Notes: generated by a model from the sequence alone, not told the origin. A DNA stretch of 46,271 nt from Dehalococcoidia bacterium (GCA_040882355.1 JBBEBM010000005.1:1-46271), one strand, 5' to 3'. Positions 1 to 9,761 are shown, counted from the stretch's first letter. A program made the numbers and translations.

Positions 1-63
1 CCCCCAACACCCCCCGGCAGGGTGCGCCGCCCCCTGCACCCCCGTTCTTCACCGGCCTGCTAG
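1..63. repeat. Right part of a GGGGACAC/CCCCGGCAGG-type MITE-like repeat
   Basis: CCCCCGGCAGGGTGCGCCGCCCCCTGCACCCC matches copies at about 19860, 33511 and 34845; the end TTCACCGGCCTGCTAG is the inverted counterpart of TAGCAGGATGGTGAA at 19784. Confidence 0.7.
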
Positions 64-126
64 ATCTCCGGGCTGACTTGCGCTAAAGCCTATCCCGCCA
101 CTTGTATTTTGCGCTATCTTCCCACC

Positions 127-570
127 GTGACGAACGACCGCCTCACGCTTAAGATCCGCCGCCTGCACACCGATGCCCGCTTGCCAGCGCGGGCAACCGA
201 GGGCGCATCGGGACTCGACCTCTACGCCTGCCTGCCGGATGGCGACGTGACGCTCGGGCCTGACCCTGTGCGCGTGCCTGCCGGTGTGGCGATCGAGTTC
301 CCGCCGGGCTACGACGTGCAGGTGCGCCCCCGCTCGGGCCTCTCACTGAAAGGCGTGGGCGTGGCGTTCGGCACGATCGACAGCGACTACCGTGGTGAGG
401 TGCTGGTTACGATGTGGATCTTCGGCTCGAAGACGGAGCACGTCGTTCGCCACGGCGACCGTATCGCCCAGCTCGTTGTGTCGCGCCTGGCAGAGCTGCC
501 TGTCGTAGAAGTGGACGAGCTGACCGCTAGCGGGCGTGGCGCCTCGGGTCACGGCTCGACGGGATCTTAG
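127..570 (+). CDS. dut: dUTP diphosphatase
   Basis: Motifs ASGLDL, RPRSG, GTIDSDYRGE, GDRIAQL, RGASGHGSTG; GTG at 127 lies 6 nt after TATCTT (the ORF track starts at 109). Confidence 0.95.
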   Translation: MTNDRLTLKIRRLHTDARLPARATEGASGLDLYACLPDGDVTLGPDPVRVPAGVAIEFPPGYDVQVRPRSGLSLKGVGVAFGTIDSDYRGEVLVTMWIFGSKTEHVVRHGDRIAQLVVSRLAELPVVEVDELTASGRGASGHGSTGS

Positions 571-920
571 CCGGACGGGTCGCCCTTTCCGCTATGGCGG
601 TACATCACGATGTCCACGTCGGCGAGGCAGACCAGCCCTTCGGTGACCATCTCGTCCAGCTTCGGCAAGATCTGGCGGATCCGATCTTCGCGATCCACCA
701 CCTCGACGATGATCGGCAGGTCTTCAGAGAGACGAAGGACGTGCGCCGAGTGGATCCGGCTGTCCGCCCCGAAGCCCTCCACGCCTCGCACAACTGTCGC
801 GCCCGCGAGGCCCTCCTCACGCAGCATGAGCACGATCGCCTCGGCCAGCGAGCGACCGTGCCAGCGGTCCGCCTCGCCGATGAAGATTTGCAGCAGCTTG
901 CCCGGGCCTTCGATCTTCAT
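567..920 (-). CDS. DUF190 family (PII-like) protein
   Basis: LQIFIGEADRWHG...GLAGATVVRGVEGFG...LSEDLPIIVEVVD; this family is typically found next to crcB. Confidence 0.9.
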   Translation of the reverse strand: MKIEGPGKLLQIFIGEADRWHGRSLAEAIVLMLREEGLAGATVVRGVEGFGADSRIHSAHVLRLSEDLPIIVEVVDREDRIRQILPKLDEMVTEGLVCLADVDIVMYRHSGKGDPSG

Positions 921-927
921 GAGGCGC

Positions 928-1302
928 TCACAGCGCGCGTCCCAGCGCGAGACCAGCGTACATCGCCGCCAGTCCGGCCGCCATGCTGCCGCCGATGTTC
1001 ACGAGCGCGGCGAGGTACGATCCCGTCTCCGCCAGGTCCACCGTCTCGAACATGAGGGTCGAGAACGTGGTATAGCCGCCGAGCAGGCCAATGGCGATGG
1101 CGGGCCGGGCGAGCGGCGGGGCCAGCCATCGATCTTCAGTAAGGCCGACGAACAGCCCGAGGAGCAGCGCTCCCGTCACGTTCACAACGAACGTGCCCAG
1201 TGCCGTCGGCCCGAGCCGGTCGACAACCGCTCCATCGATTGTATAGCGCAGGACGCTGCCCAGGGCGCCGCCCAGCGCGACCATCAACGCTCGTTCCAAC
1301 AT
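928..1302 (-). CDS. crcB: Fluoride channel CrcB/FluC
   Basis: GGALGSVLRY, GTFVVNVTG and GLLGGYTTFST motifs; 124 aa; GGAGGA SD. Confidence 0.95.
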   Translation of the reverse strand: MLERALMVALGGALGSVLRYTIDGAVVDRLGPTALGTFVVNVTGALLLGLFVGLTEDRWLAPPLARPAIAIGLLGGYTTFSTLMFETVDLAETGSYLAALVNIGGSMAAGLAAMYAGLALGRAL

Positions 1303-1345
1303 GCTTCCTCCTCCAAGAATGCAGCATGGCCTCTACACGCATGGT

Positions 1346-1410
1346 GTAGAGGCCATCAGCCGAAAGTCCGGCGGGTCGACCGCTCGCGCGGTCAGGCGAG
1401 CCTCATCGCC
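1346..1410 (-). ncRNA. Fluoride (crcB) riboswitch
   Basis: Minus strand reads GGCGATGAGGCTCGCC-TGACCGC...GCTGATGGCCTCTAC, matching the known consensus, directly upstream of crcB; a 13-bp hairpin at 1326-1356 overlaps its 3' end. Confidence 0.92.
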
Positions 1411-1452
1411 CAGTCCGATCAGTAACGAATCGCAGGCCGGAGGGCAAGCGGC

Positions 1453-2211
1453 TTACTCCTCCCGATTGAGGAACACGTACTCGTAGACAAGCGCAGCGAT
1501 AGCAGCGCCGATCAGCGGCCCGACCCAGTAGACCCAGTGGTCGGCCCACTCGCCTGCAACCAGTGCCGGGCCAAAAGAGCGAGCAGGGTTCATCGATGCG
1601 CCGGTCATCGGGATGGCGACAAGATGATCGGCCATGATGACGAGGCCGATGGCGACCGGCGCCAGGTAGGTGAAGCCCTTCGTATCGACTGCGACCGCGA
1701 AGACGACGAAGACGAGGAAGAACGTGAGCGCTATCTCGACCAGCAGGCCCGCGCCAGCGCCGTTCCCTACGCTATCGTCCAGCAGGCCGCCGCCGATCTC
1801 CGGATCGTAGACGCTCAGGGCGTGCGCTCCCAGGTTTACCTCTGCAGGGCCGGCGATGATCGCCTTCAGCAGGAGCACGGCCAGGATGGCGCCCACCAAC
1901 TGCGCGCCCACATAGAGCAGCGCCGTCGAAACTTTCATCTTCCCCGTCGCCGCCATGGCGAACGTTACCGCGGGGTTGATGTGCCCTCCCGATATCTTCC
2001 CGGCGACTGTCACCGCAAGCAGAATCCCGAGGCCGTGAGCGATGGCGACCGAGACGATGAACGCCGCATCGGCAGCGCCAGCGAAACTGGCGGCAATCAC
2101 CGACCCCACGCCGATGAACACGAACATGCCCGTCGCGATGAGTTCCGCCGCGACGGCCCGCCAGGTCTTCATCGTGAAGTCGCCGGGCTCGAATCCCAAT
2201 TGAATGGCCAT
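1453..2211 (-). CDS. MIP family channel (aquaporin)
   Basis: Two NPA boxes (SGGHINPAVT, GASMNPARSFGP) and WVYWVGP; hydrophobic helices. Confidence 0.95.
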   Translation of the reverse strand: MAIQLGFEPGDFTMKTWRAVAAELIATGMFVFIGVGSVIAASFAGAADAAFIVSVAIAHGLGILLAVTVAGKISGGHINPAVTFAMAATGKMKVSTALLYVGAQLVGAILAVLLLKAIIAGPAEVNLGAHALSVYDPEIGGGLLDDSVGNGAGAGLLVEIALTFFLVFVVFAVAVDTKGFTYLAPVAIGLVIMADHLVAIPMTGASMNPARSFGPALVAGEWADHWVYWVGPLIGAAIAALVYEYVFLNREE

Positions 2212-2449
2212 GACTCAGCCTCCTTGCTCTGCCAACCACGCCGAAGCCGGCGTCCCTCTCAGCAAGCCTGGACTAGTTCGGGCGTAGCGTAGCAGACATA
2301 GGGTAAAGGATCAATACCTTTCATTGGTTCTCGGAGCCCACGCTCGCCCGCACACGCGAGTCAGTTGGCCGCGAAGGTACTGGCCTCCCTCGACCGACAC
2401 TAGTTGTAGGAACACAGTAGGGAGCGCCCCGGAGCACCCGGGACATGCC

Positions 2450-3832
2450 ATGCCAGACACCGCTTCGCCGGCCCCGCAGGACGGGCAATCCAGATCGAGT
2501 CCGCTCCACCGTCTAGCCACACGCCTGGATGGCGCACTCTCCATTAGCCACAAGCTGGCGCTCATCTTCCTGACCATGGGCGCGTTGGTGAGCGTGCTGT
2601 TCACCTGGGGCGTCTATCAGAGCCGGGCAGCACAGCTCGAGGCGGACCTTGAGCAGCGTGGCCTGCTCATCGCGCGCAGCATGGAGGGGCTCCTGTCCGC
2701 CGAGACCAGCGTGGCGGAGCTGCAGGAGGAGCTCGCGGCGTTGGCCGACACGGACACGGGCGTCCTGGCTGCTGATGTCTATGCGCTGGACGGCAATGGC
2801 ACAACGATCATCGCCAGCGCCGACGCGAGCAATCTCGGTGATGAGAGATTCCCGCAGGCCGCACAGGACGCGCGAGCGAGCATCGCATCGGAAGCGGTGC
2901 TCCGGCATACGGAGCTCGCGGGCGCGGGGGCTGTCGCTGCTTACGTGCAGATACACCTCGCCATTCCGGATGACACGGCCTCGGGCGTCGACCCACCATC
3001 CACGGAGGGAGACGAAGCGACGCCGGACCTGGTCCTGGGCGTCTACCTCTCATCCGCGGAGCGCGACGAAGCGCTGCACGACCTGCTCGTGTCGCAGGTG
3101 ATCTCCGTGGGCATTGCGCTCCTGCTGATCCCGGTCGTCGTCTACCTGCCGCTCCGCGTCTTCCTCCTCCGTCGCCTTCGCAGGCTACTCGGCGCGGCGC
3201 ATCGCCTGGGCGAGGGAGACTACTCCGCCCGAGTCGAGGGGCCGCTGCCGGCCACGTCGAGCGACGAGATGATGGAGCTGAGCGCGCGCTTCAACGACAT
3301 GGCGGCGTCGATCGAGGGGCTGCATCGCGAGCTGAGCGAGATGGCGACGACGGACGCGCTCAGCGGCCTGTACAACCGCCGCTACGCGTTCGAAGCGCTG
3401 GAGCGGGAGGTCCGGCTCGCGCGTCGCGGCGGCCGGCCGCTGGCGATCGTCCTCGCCGACGTGGACAGCCTGAAGAAGCTCAACGATCGGTACGGCCACG
3501 CGATCGGCGACGAGGTGCTGAAGCGTTCCGCAGGCGCCCTTCGGAACGCTGTCCGCGTCACGGACATCGCCGCTCGAATCGGCGGCGACGAGTTCCTGGC
3601 GGTGCTTCCCGACTGCGACGCCGGCAGCCTGCGGCGTGTGCTCGCTCGCATCCAGGAGAGCATGGAGCCGCTCGGCGTGCCCGAGATGCCGGGACCCGTG
3701 CCGCTCACGATGAGTACGGGCGCTGCCGTGCTGGGAGCGGGTGACGACGCGACGACGCTCATGCAGCGCGCCGACCTGGCCCTGTACGAGGCGAAGCGGG
3801 CGGGCAAGAACCAGACCCGGGTAGCCGCGTAG
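2450..3832 (+). CDS. Membrane diguanylate cyclase (2 TM, HAMP, GGDEF)
   Basis: Two hydrophobic segments, HAMP (DEMMELSARFNDM), TDALSGLYNRR, RxxD I-site (RVTD), intact GGDEF; start codon uncertain. Confidence 0.92.
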   Translation: MPDTASPAPQDGQSRSSPLHRLATRLDGALSISHKLALIFLTMGALVSVLFTWGVYQSRAAQLEADLEQRGLLIARSMEGLLSAETSVAELQEELAALADTDTGVLAADVYALDGNGTTIIASADASNLGDERFPQAAQDARASIASEAVLRHTELAGAGAVAAYVQIHLAIPDDTASGVDPPSTEGDEATPDLVLGVYLSSAERDEALHDLLVSQVISVGIALLLIPVVVYLPLRVFLLRRLRRLLGAAHRLGEGDYSARVEGPLPATSSDEMMELSARFNDMAASIEGLHRELSEMATTDALSGLYNRRYAFEALEREVRLARRGGRPLAIVLADVDSLKKLNDRYGHAIGDEVLKRSAGALRNAVRVTDIAARIGGDEFLAVLPDCDAGSLRRVLARIQESMEPLGVPEMPGPVPLTMSTGAAVLGAGDDATTLMQRADLALYEAKRAGKNQTRVAA

Positions 3833-3843
3833 GCGGCACGAGC

Positions 3844-4731
3844 CTACTCCACACGCGGGCCGCCCTCGGCAGCCAAAACCGTATTCCAGAGGAGCATCGC
3901 CCGGGTCATCGGACCGACGCCACCGGGCACGGGCGTAATCGCCGCGGCTTTCTCGCTCACCGCTTCGAAGTCGACGTCGCCGACGAGGCGCTGGCCGCTC
4001 TTCTTCGACGCGTCGGGTATCGAGTTCGTGCCGACATCGATCACGACGACACCTTCGCGCACCATGCCGGCCGTGATCGAGCGGGCGCGGCCCATCGCGG
4101 CGACGACGATGTCGGCCTTACGCGTTATGTCGCCCATGTCAGGCGTGCCGGTGTGGCAGACGGTCACGGTCGCGTTCGCGCCGGACCGCTTCTGCATGAG
4201 CAGCAGCGCGAGCGGCTTGCCGACGAGGTTGGAGCGGCCGCAGACGACGACGCGCTTGCCCTCCGGCGAGTGGCCGCTGCGCACCAGAAGCTGCTGGACG
4301 CCGTGCGGCGTCGCCGGCAGGTAGGTGGGCACGCCGCGCAGCAGGCGGCCGAGGCTGACCGGGTGGGCGCCGTCGACGTCCTTGCGCGGGTCGATCTCGG
4401 CGAGCACGGCCTCCTCGTCGACATGGTCTGGCAGCGGGAGCTGGACGATCTGGCCGTGGCGGTTCGGATCGCCGTTGAGGCGGCGCACCGCTTCGACGAC
4501 CTCGCCCTGCGACGCCTCCGCCGGCAGGCGGACGACTTCGCCCACCATGCCGAGCGCCTCGCAGTCGCGCACCTTGCCGCGCACGTACGTCGCGGAGGCT
4601 GGCAGCTCGCCGACGAGCACGATGCCGAGCCCTGGCGTCTCGCCGCGCGCGCGCAACGCCTCGACGCGGGGGCGCAGCTCGCCCAGCACCTGCCCGGCGA
4701 TGGCCTTGCCATCGATGATCTGCGCCGTCAT
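3844..4731 (-). CDS. folD: Methylenetetrahydrofolate dehydrogenase/cyclohydrolase
   Basis: MTAQIIDGKAIA, VQLPLP, KDVDG, GRSNLVGKP, TPVPGGVGPMT; GGAGG SD before ATG 4731. Confidence 0.97.
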   Translation of the reverse strand: MTAQIIDGKAIAGQVLGELRPRVEALRARGETPGLGIVLVGELPASATYVRGKVRDCEALGMVGEVVRLPAEASQGEVVEAVRRLNGDPNRHGQIVQLPLPDHVDEEAVLAEIDPRKDVDGAHPVSLGRLLRGVPTYLPATPHGVQQLLVRSGHSPEGKRVVVCGRSNLVGKPLALLLMQKRSGANATVTVCHTGTPDMGDITRKADIVVAAMGRARSITAGMVREGVVVIDVGTNSIPDASKKSGQRLVGDVDFEAVSEKAAAITPVPGGVGPMTRAMLLWNTVLAAEGGPRVE

Positions 4732-5095
4732 GTCGCCTCCGAGGGCAGTATGGCCGATCTGCGCGACACGTGGCAGTTGGATTTGCAAAATCGCCTTTCT
4801 GGCCGACTGCGGCCCGATCCTGGCCCAGTGCGCCAAGCTGTCGGGACGCGGCCGGACAGGGCATGCGCACGTCGAGGTGTCGAGGATGAGGATACGGGTC
4901 GAGCGGGAGAGCGCGAAGGGGGTGGTGGCGCTTACTGGTTGCTGGTGAACGTCGGCCTCATCCCGCTGCGACGCTCGCTGCGGGGCTACGCGGGAGGCGT
5001 CAGGTCTCCCTTGCTTTCCAGGAGAGGGCCCGGTCGCTACCGTCGCCTCCTGGTCTGAGGTATACTGGATCTGATCTGAGCAAAGGAGGCGACAC

Positions 5096-5656
5096 ATGCT
5101 CCATTTTGAGGAACTTGACGCCACGACGCGAAAACATATGCTTCTGGAGTTCCGAGCGGAACAGCAGAGCGCAGACGTACCACCTTTCCAGCCCGCCAAT
5201 CTCACAGAGGAAGGCCGCGCGATCTACGCAGCGGTGCTTGAGCGTGCCATCATGGAGGGTAACGAGGAGAGTTTGGCACTGGACCTGGCGAATCCAGCTT
5301 ATTGGCACGCCGCCGAGGCCTTCACCACGCGATCAGGCCGACCGAGTACTCGCGCCATCCCTGCGAACGTGCGCGCAAACCGCTTCGGCCTGACGGAGTT
5401 CAATACCTGGTATGTGCGCGGTCTGTGCGCACGTCTGGCCGCCGAGGGCATCGCTGCCTGCGAGGTGTACCGTGCGGCGCCAGCCTACGAGCCGCGCGAG
5501 GAGTGTCGCGCGCTTGAGGGACACGTCCTATCGGTCGCTGATGTCTACGCCGGCCACCGGAGTAGATACTACCCCGTCGCCAGACCAGACGCGCTTTCAA
5601 TCCCGATTGGACCGAACTGCCATCACTCAGTTAGGCGCAAGCATCTGGTGAACTAA
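5096..5656 (+). CDS. Hypothetical protein (186 aa)
   Basis: AGGAGG SD and upstream TATACT; globular-looking sequence (EFNTWYVRGLC, EVYRA, IPIGPNCHHSV); function not recognised. Confidence 0.8.
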   Translation: MLHFEELDATTRKHMLLEFRAEQQSADVPPFQPANLTEEGRAIYAAVLERAIMEGNEESLALDLANPAYWHAAEAFTTRSGRPSTRAIPANVRANRFGLTEFNTWYVRGLCARLAAEGIAACEVYRAAPAYEPREECRALEGHVLSVADVYAGHRSRYYPVARPDALSIPIGPNCHHSVRRKHLVN

Positions 5657-5928
5657 CTGCAGCAAAAGGCTCGCCCTCGGACACGGGAGCAATGCACTCT
5701 GCGCTGGAAACGGGCGAGGCGCGAAGGCATGAACGACTATGGCGCTCACGGTGTAGAGCCGTGAGGCGTGCAGATCTCCGCTCAAACTACCGGACCTCCC
5801 ATCAGGGCGCGCCCAGCGTGTCGATGTAAGGCCGTAGCCACTCGTCCAATCATCGCCCGAGGGCGGTGTGGCGCACAGCGCCCTCGGGGAGGACAGCAGA
5901 AGCGCTGTTCGGCTAGACTGAACATGAA

Positions 5929-6951
5929 ATGGCAATTTCAGTCAAGAGTCACAAGATGCTGTGGGGACGCGCAGCGAGTAGATGTGCATTCGCCGACTGT
6001 CGCCGACAGCTTGTGGAGGATGCGACCGTGATGGATGGTGAGTCTCTCGTCGGAGACGCCTGTCACATGGTGGCAAGACAGTCGAGTGCGGCGCGAGGCC
6101 ACTCTCAGCTGACCTCAGATGAGCGCGACAGATACAACAATCTGATCCTGTTGTGCAAAGTGCATCACAAGCTAGTCGATGATCAGCCCGGTGAATACAG
6201 CGTGGAGCGTCTCTTCCAGATAAAGAGACAACACGAGGCCTGGGTGGCCGAATCGCTAGACGAATTCGACCCTGCTAAGCAACGGGATGATGAGATTTAC
6301 GCGGACTACATAGATCAATGGGCCGCGCGCAGTGATCTAGACCAGTGGCTAGGGTGGAGTTCATCTGTCCTCGGAGGAGGTCAACCCAAGATGTCGGCGC
6401 ATCGTGACGCCGAACTCGAAGAGCTGAGGGTTTGGCTTTTTTCGAGAGTATGGCCCGAACGTTACGCGGAGCTAGAGGCAGCGTTTGAGAACTACCGTCG
6501 CGTGCTTCAAGACCTTCACGAAACATTCCGTGAATATGCGGAACCAATGTGGAACGGGGATTTTCTTGTGACGAGAAAATTCTATCGAATTGATAGGTGG
6601 GACCCTCCCCTGTACAAGAGACTTGGACGCCAATACGACTTCCATGTCGCTTTTGTAGAGGACTTGATGCTGGAACTTACTCGCGCCGCGAACTACGTGT
6701 GCGACCGCGTGCGCCAGCTTGTCGATTCTCGCTTTCGGCTGCGCGAAGGGCTCGTCCTAGCAGGATCAGGCCCGTACCTGGATCTGACCTACCATCACCA
6801 CCGCCCCGAATATCGTGGCCACGAGCGCACGCTATCCCCGTACCCAGGACTGGAACAATTCAAGATCGACAGGAGGCAGCGCGACGAACACTTTGGTGAA
6901 GGTACTAGTGCCGACGATCCTGACTTTCACGTGGGTGGTGGCGACGATTAG
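5929..6951 (+). CDS. HNH endonuclease-domain protein with unknown C-terminal domain
   Basis: LWGRAASRCAFADC...ACHMVA...NLILLCKVHHKLVD Zn-HNH signature; visibly lower GC than the housekeeping genes. Confidence 0.85.
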   Translation: MAISVKSHKMLWGRAASRCAFADCRRQLVEDATVMDGESLVGDACHMVARQSSAARGHSQLTSDERDRYNNLILLCKVHHKLVDDQPGEYSVERLFQIKRQHEAWVAESLDEFDPAKQRDDEIYADYIDQWAARSDLDQWLGWSSSVLGGGQPKMSAHRDAELEELRVWLFSRVWPERYAELEAAFENYRRVLQDLHETFREYAEPMWNGDFLVTRKFYRIDRWDPPLYKRLGRQYDFHVAFVEDLMLELTRAANYVCDRVRQLVDSRFRLREGLVLAGSGPYLDLTYHHHRPEYRGHERTLSPYPGLEQFKIDRRQRDEHFGEGTSADDPDFHVGGGDD

Positions 6952-7032
6952 TCTCGCCCGCGGACCCTGACAATGCATGCCGGAAGGCACGCAGGACATG
7001 CCTTCACCTCTCAGGCTATACTAACACCTACC

Positions 7033-7407
7033 ATGCCCTCCCTGACCGCGCTCGTCGCTGAAGATAACCTGGAGTTTCGGGAGCGGATCGTGGCGATGCT
7101 CGGAGAGCTGGCGGTCGAGAGCATCGCGACGGTGGACGGGCGGGAGGCGATTGGCGTGGCGCGAGACGTGTCGCGCGAGTTGCACCTGCTGGTGACGGAC
7201 ATGGAGATGCCGCACAACACGGGGTGGGACGTGATCCGCGCCTTTCGCGATCATCGCGGCGAGTCGTTGCCGATCATCATGCAGACGGGCCAGACGCAGT
7301 ACTCGTATGTGGTGCACCGGGCGCGGGAGCTAGACATCGTGCTGATCGACAAGATCGAGCTGCACACGCGGCTGGTGCCGGCGGTGCGGGAGGCACTTCG
7401 CTTGTAA
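7033..7407 (+). CDS. Single-domain response regulator (receiver)
   Basis: LVAEDN, LLVTDMEMP, IIMQTG, IDK. Confidence 0.85.
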   Translation: MPSLTALVAEDNLEFRERIVAMLGELAVESIATVDGREAIGVARDVSRELHLLVTDMEMPHNTGWDVIRAFRDHRGESLPIIMQTGQTQYSYVVHRARELDIVLIDKIELHTRLVPAVREALRL

Positions 7408-7440
7408 GAGCGCGTGCGGGTGGGCGGTGTCGAGGACCTA

Positions 7441-7470
7441 GCCACAGATTCACACAGATGGAACACAGAT
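7441..7470 (+). repeat. Triple CACAGAT repeat with about 10-nt period
   Basis: GCCACAGATTCACACAGATGGAACACAGAT; same motif at 38035 and 40628-40710. Confidence 0.8.
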
Positions 7471-7509
7471 TTTGGCGATGGTGAAGGCGCAGCGTCCATC
7501 GCGAGGGGC

Positions 7510-7716
7510 AGACGCTTCGGCTGCCGCGGCGGACTCAGGGTGACGTGAGGGCGCGGGTGGCCAGCGCGAGGATCGCATTCGATGGGGCGACGCGCGTTGC
7601 GGCGACTACGTCGCCCAGGGCGACCAGACCCTTCGACTTCGCTCAGGGCAGGCTCTCGCCCCTACGTGAGCCCGGGGCGGCCGGACCCGCCTAACGCTGG
7701 CAGGTGGTCGCCCCTA
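7510..7716. repeat. Mosaic of REP-like palindromes (TGTC/CGTC-type, GTAG-type and a nested 24-nt element)
   Basis: GCTTCG...CTCAGGGTGAC at 7510-7544; TCGCCCCTAC occurs twice; CCTTCGACTTCGCTCAGGGCAGG at 7630-7652. Confidence 0.7.
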
Positions 7717-7770
7717 CGTCGACGCGCGCGGGCGGTGGGCGAAGGGCCTCATGTTACACTGCCTGCTGCT

Positions 7771-8211
7771 ATGCAGAACTACGCTGTCGGCATCGATCTG
7801 ATCGCGATCTCGCGGGTGCAGGCGGTGCTTGACAAGCACGACGAGCGCTTCCTGCGACGCGTGTACACGCCGGAGGAGGTCGCGTTCTGCCGGGGGCGGG
7901 TGCCGGAGCTGGCGGCGCGCTTCGCGGCCAAGGAGGCGGTGATGAAGGCGCTGGGCACCGGGGCGCACGGCGTCGCCTGGCGCGAGATCGAGGTGCTGCC
8001 GAACCGTCGAGGCAAGCCGCTCGTCTACCTGTACGGCCGCGCCCAAGCCCGCGCCGAACGCATCGGCCTGCGCGCGCTGGACGTGAGCCTGACACACGAG
8101 CGCGACTTCGCGATCGCGGCCGTCGTCGGCGTGCGCGACGCGCCGGTCGAGCCGCCGGAGGAGAGTCGGGCGCGACTCGTCGCGAGGCTGAAGGAGCGCG
8201 GGCTGCTGTGA
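7771..8211 (+). CDS. acpS: Holo-ACP synthase
   Basis: VGIDLI, LAARFAAKEAVMKALGTG, GKP, VSLTHE. Confidence 0.95.
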   Translation: MQNYAVGIDLIAISRVQAVLDKHDERFLRRVYTPEEVAFCRGRVPELAARFAAKEAVMKALGTGAHGVAWREIEVLPNRRGKPLVYLYGRAQARAERIGLRALDVSLTHERDFAIAAVVGVRDAPVEPPEESRARLVARLKERGLL

Positions 8212-9758
8212 AGCTGGTCACCGCCGCCGAGATGCGCGCGCTGGAGGAGGCCGCGGCCGCCGCCGGACGCCCGCCCGACGCGCTGATGGAGGAGGCGGGG
8301 CTGGGCGTCGCGCAGGAGGTGTGGATCAACCTGGGCGCGGTGCCCGAGCGGAAGGTGGTCGTGCTGGTGGGGCCGGGCAACAACGGCGGCGACGGTCTGG
8401 TCGCGGCGCGCCACCTGCACGACCTGGGCGGGCAGGTCGTCGTGCTGCTGCTGACGCCGCGCGGCGAACACGACGCGAACCTGCGCCAGGTTGTCGAACG
8501 TGATGTGTCGGTGCGGACACTGACCGACCACGACCTTGCGCCCCTCGACGAGGCACTGGCCGGCGCGGATGCGGTCGTCGACGCGGTGCTCGGCACGGGG
8601 CGCGCGCGACCGCTCGAAGGCGCGATGGCCGATGTGCTCGACCGGGTCGCGGAGGCGCGCGCGGCGACGGCCGGGCCGCGCGTGATCGCGGTCGACCTGC
8701 CGACGGGCGTCGACTGCGACACCGGCGCCGCCGACCCGCGCGCGCTGCCCGCCGACGCGACGATCGCGCTCGGCTGCTCGAAGGTCGGGCTGCACACGCT
8801 GCCGGGCGCGGAGTACGCGGGACGCGTCGACGTGATCGACATCGGGCTGCCGCGCGAAGCGGTCGAGGCGCTGCCCGTCGAGCTGCTCAACGCGCGCTGG
8901 GTGCGCGAACGGTTGCCAGCGCGGCCAGCGAACGCGAACAAGGGAACGTTCGGGCGAGTGCTGGTCGTTGCCGGGTCGAAGCTCTACGTCGGCGCGGCGC
9001 GGCTGGCGGCGTTGGGCGCGCTGCGGAGCGGCGCCGGGCTGGTCACGCTGGCCTGCCCGTCGAGCGTGCAACCGCTCGTCGCGGGCGGCATGCACGAGGT
9101 GACGTACCTGCCGCTGCCCGATCGCGATGGCTTCGTCGCGCCGGAGGCGGCGGTGGAGGTCGCCCGAGCGCTCGATTCGTACGACGTGCTGCTGATCGGG
9201 CCGGGGCTCGGCCAGGGCGCGGCGCAGGAGTCGTTCGCGCGACAACTGCTGTGCGCGCTCGCGGCGAACGGGCCGAAGGTGCTCATCGATGCGGACGGGC
9301 TGAACGCGCTGGCGACGCTGCCCCATTGGTGGGAACGCGTCGCGGCGCCGTGCGTGCTGACGCCGCACCCGGGCGAGCACTCGCGTCTCACCCGACGCGC
9401 CGTCGCCGGTGTCCAGCGCGACCGGCTCTCGTCGGCGCGGGATGCGGCGGCGACGTGGGGGCAGACGGTGGTGCTGAAGGGGGCGTACACGGTGGTCGCC
9501 GCGCCCGACGGCCGCGCGGGCGTGAACCCGTACGCGAACCCGGCGCTGGCGTCGGCGGGCACGGGCGACGTGCTCGCGGGCGCGATCGCGGGGCTGATGG
9601 CGCAAGGCCTCTCCCCGTTCGAGGCGGCGTGCTGCGGAGCGTACCTGCACGCCGCCGCCGCCGAAGGGCTGCGCGCGGTGTCGGGCGACGCCGGCCTGCT
9701 CGCGGGCGACCTGCTGCCGGAGCTGCCGCGCACCCTCCGCGAGCTGCGCGGCGTCTGA
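8208..9758 (+). CDS. nnr: Bifunctional NAD(P)H-hydrate epimerase/dehydratase (YjeF)
   Basis: GPGNNGGDG, VDAVLGTG, VDLPTG, NKGTFG, IDADGLN, LTPHPGE, AGTGDVLAG. Confidence 0.95.
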   Translation: MKLVTAAEMRALEEAAAAAGRPPDALMEEAGLGVAQEVWINLGAVPERKVVVLVGPGNNGGDGLVAARHLHDLGGQVVVLLLTPRGEHDANLRQVVERDVSVRTLTDHDLAPLDEALAGADAVVDAVLGTGRARPLEGAMADVLDRVAEARAATAGPRVIAVDLPTGVDCDTGAADPRALPADATIALGCSKVGLHTLPGAEYAGRVDVIDIGLPREAVEALPVELLNARWVRERLPARPANANKGTFGRVLVVAGSKLYVGAARLAALGALRSGAGLVTLACPSSVQPLVAGGMHEVTYLPLPDRDGFVAPEAAVEVARALDSYDVLLIGPGLGQGAAQESFARQLLCALAANGPKVLIDADGLNALATLPHWWERVAAPCVLTPHPGEHSRLTRRAVAGVQRDRLSSARDAAATWGQTVVLKGAYTVVAAPDGRAGVNPYANPALASAGTGDVLAGAIAGLMAQGLSPFEAACCGAYLHAAAAEGLRAVSGDAGLLAGDLLPELPRTLRELRGV

Positions 9759-9761
9759 GCG

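Noticed and set aside
4732..5205. N-terminal extension of folD in the ORF track, and a possible folate or ZTP riboswitch
   Set aside because: FolD homology begins at ATG 4731 with its own SD; I found no THF or ZTP consensus upstream.
5899..5910. LexA-like box GAAG-N4-GTTC before the HNH gene (also GAAC-N4-GTTG at 34799)
   Set aside because: Each has a mismatch in the core, and no box is evident before ruvC or uvrB, so support is too weak.
7441..7716. CRISPR array
   Set aside because: No constant repeat with regular unique spacers and no cas genes; it is a mosaic of REP-like repeats.
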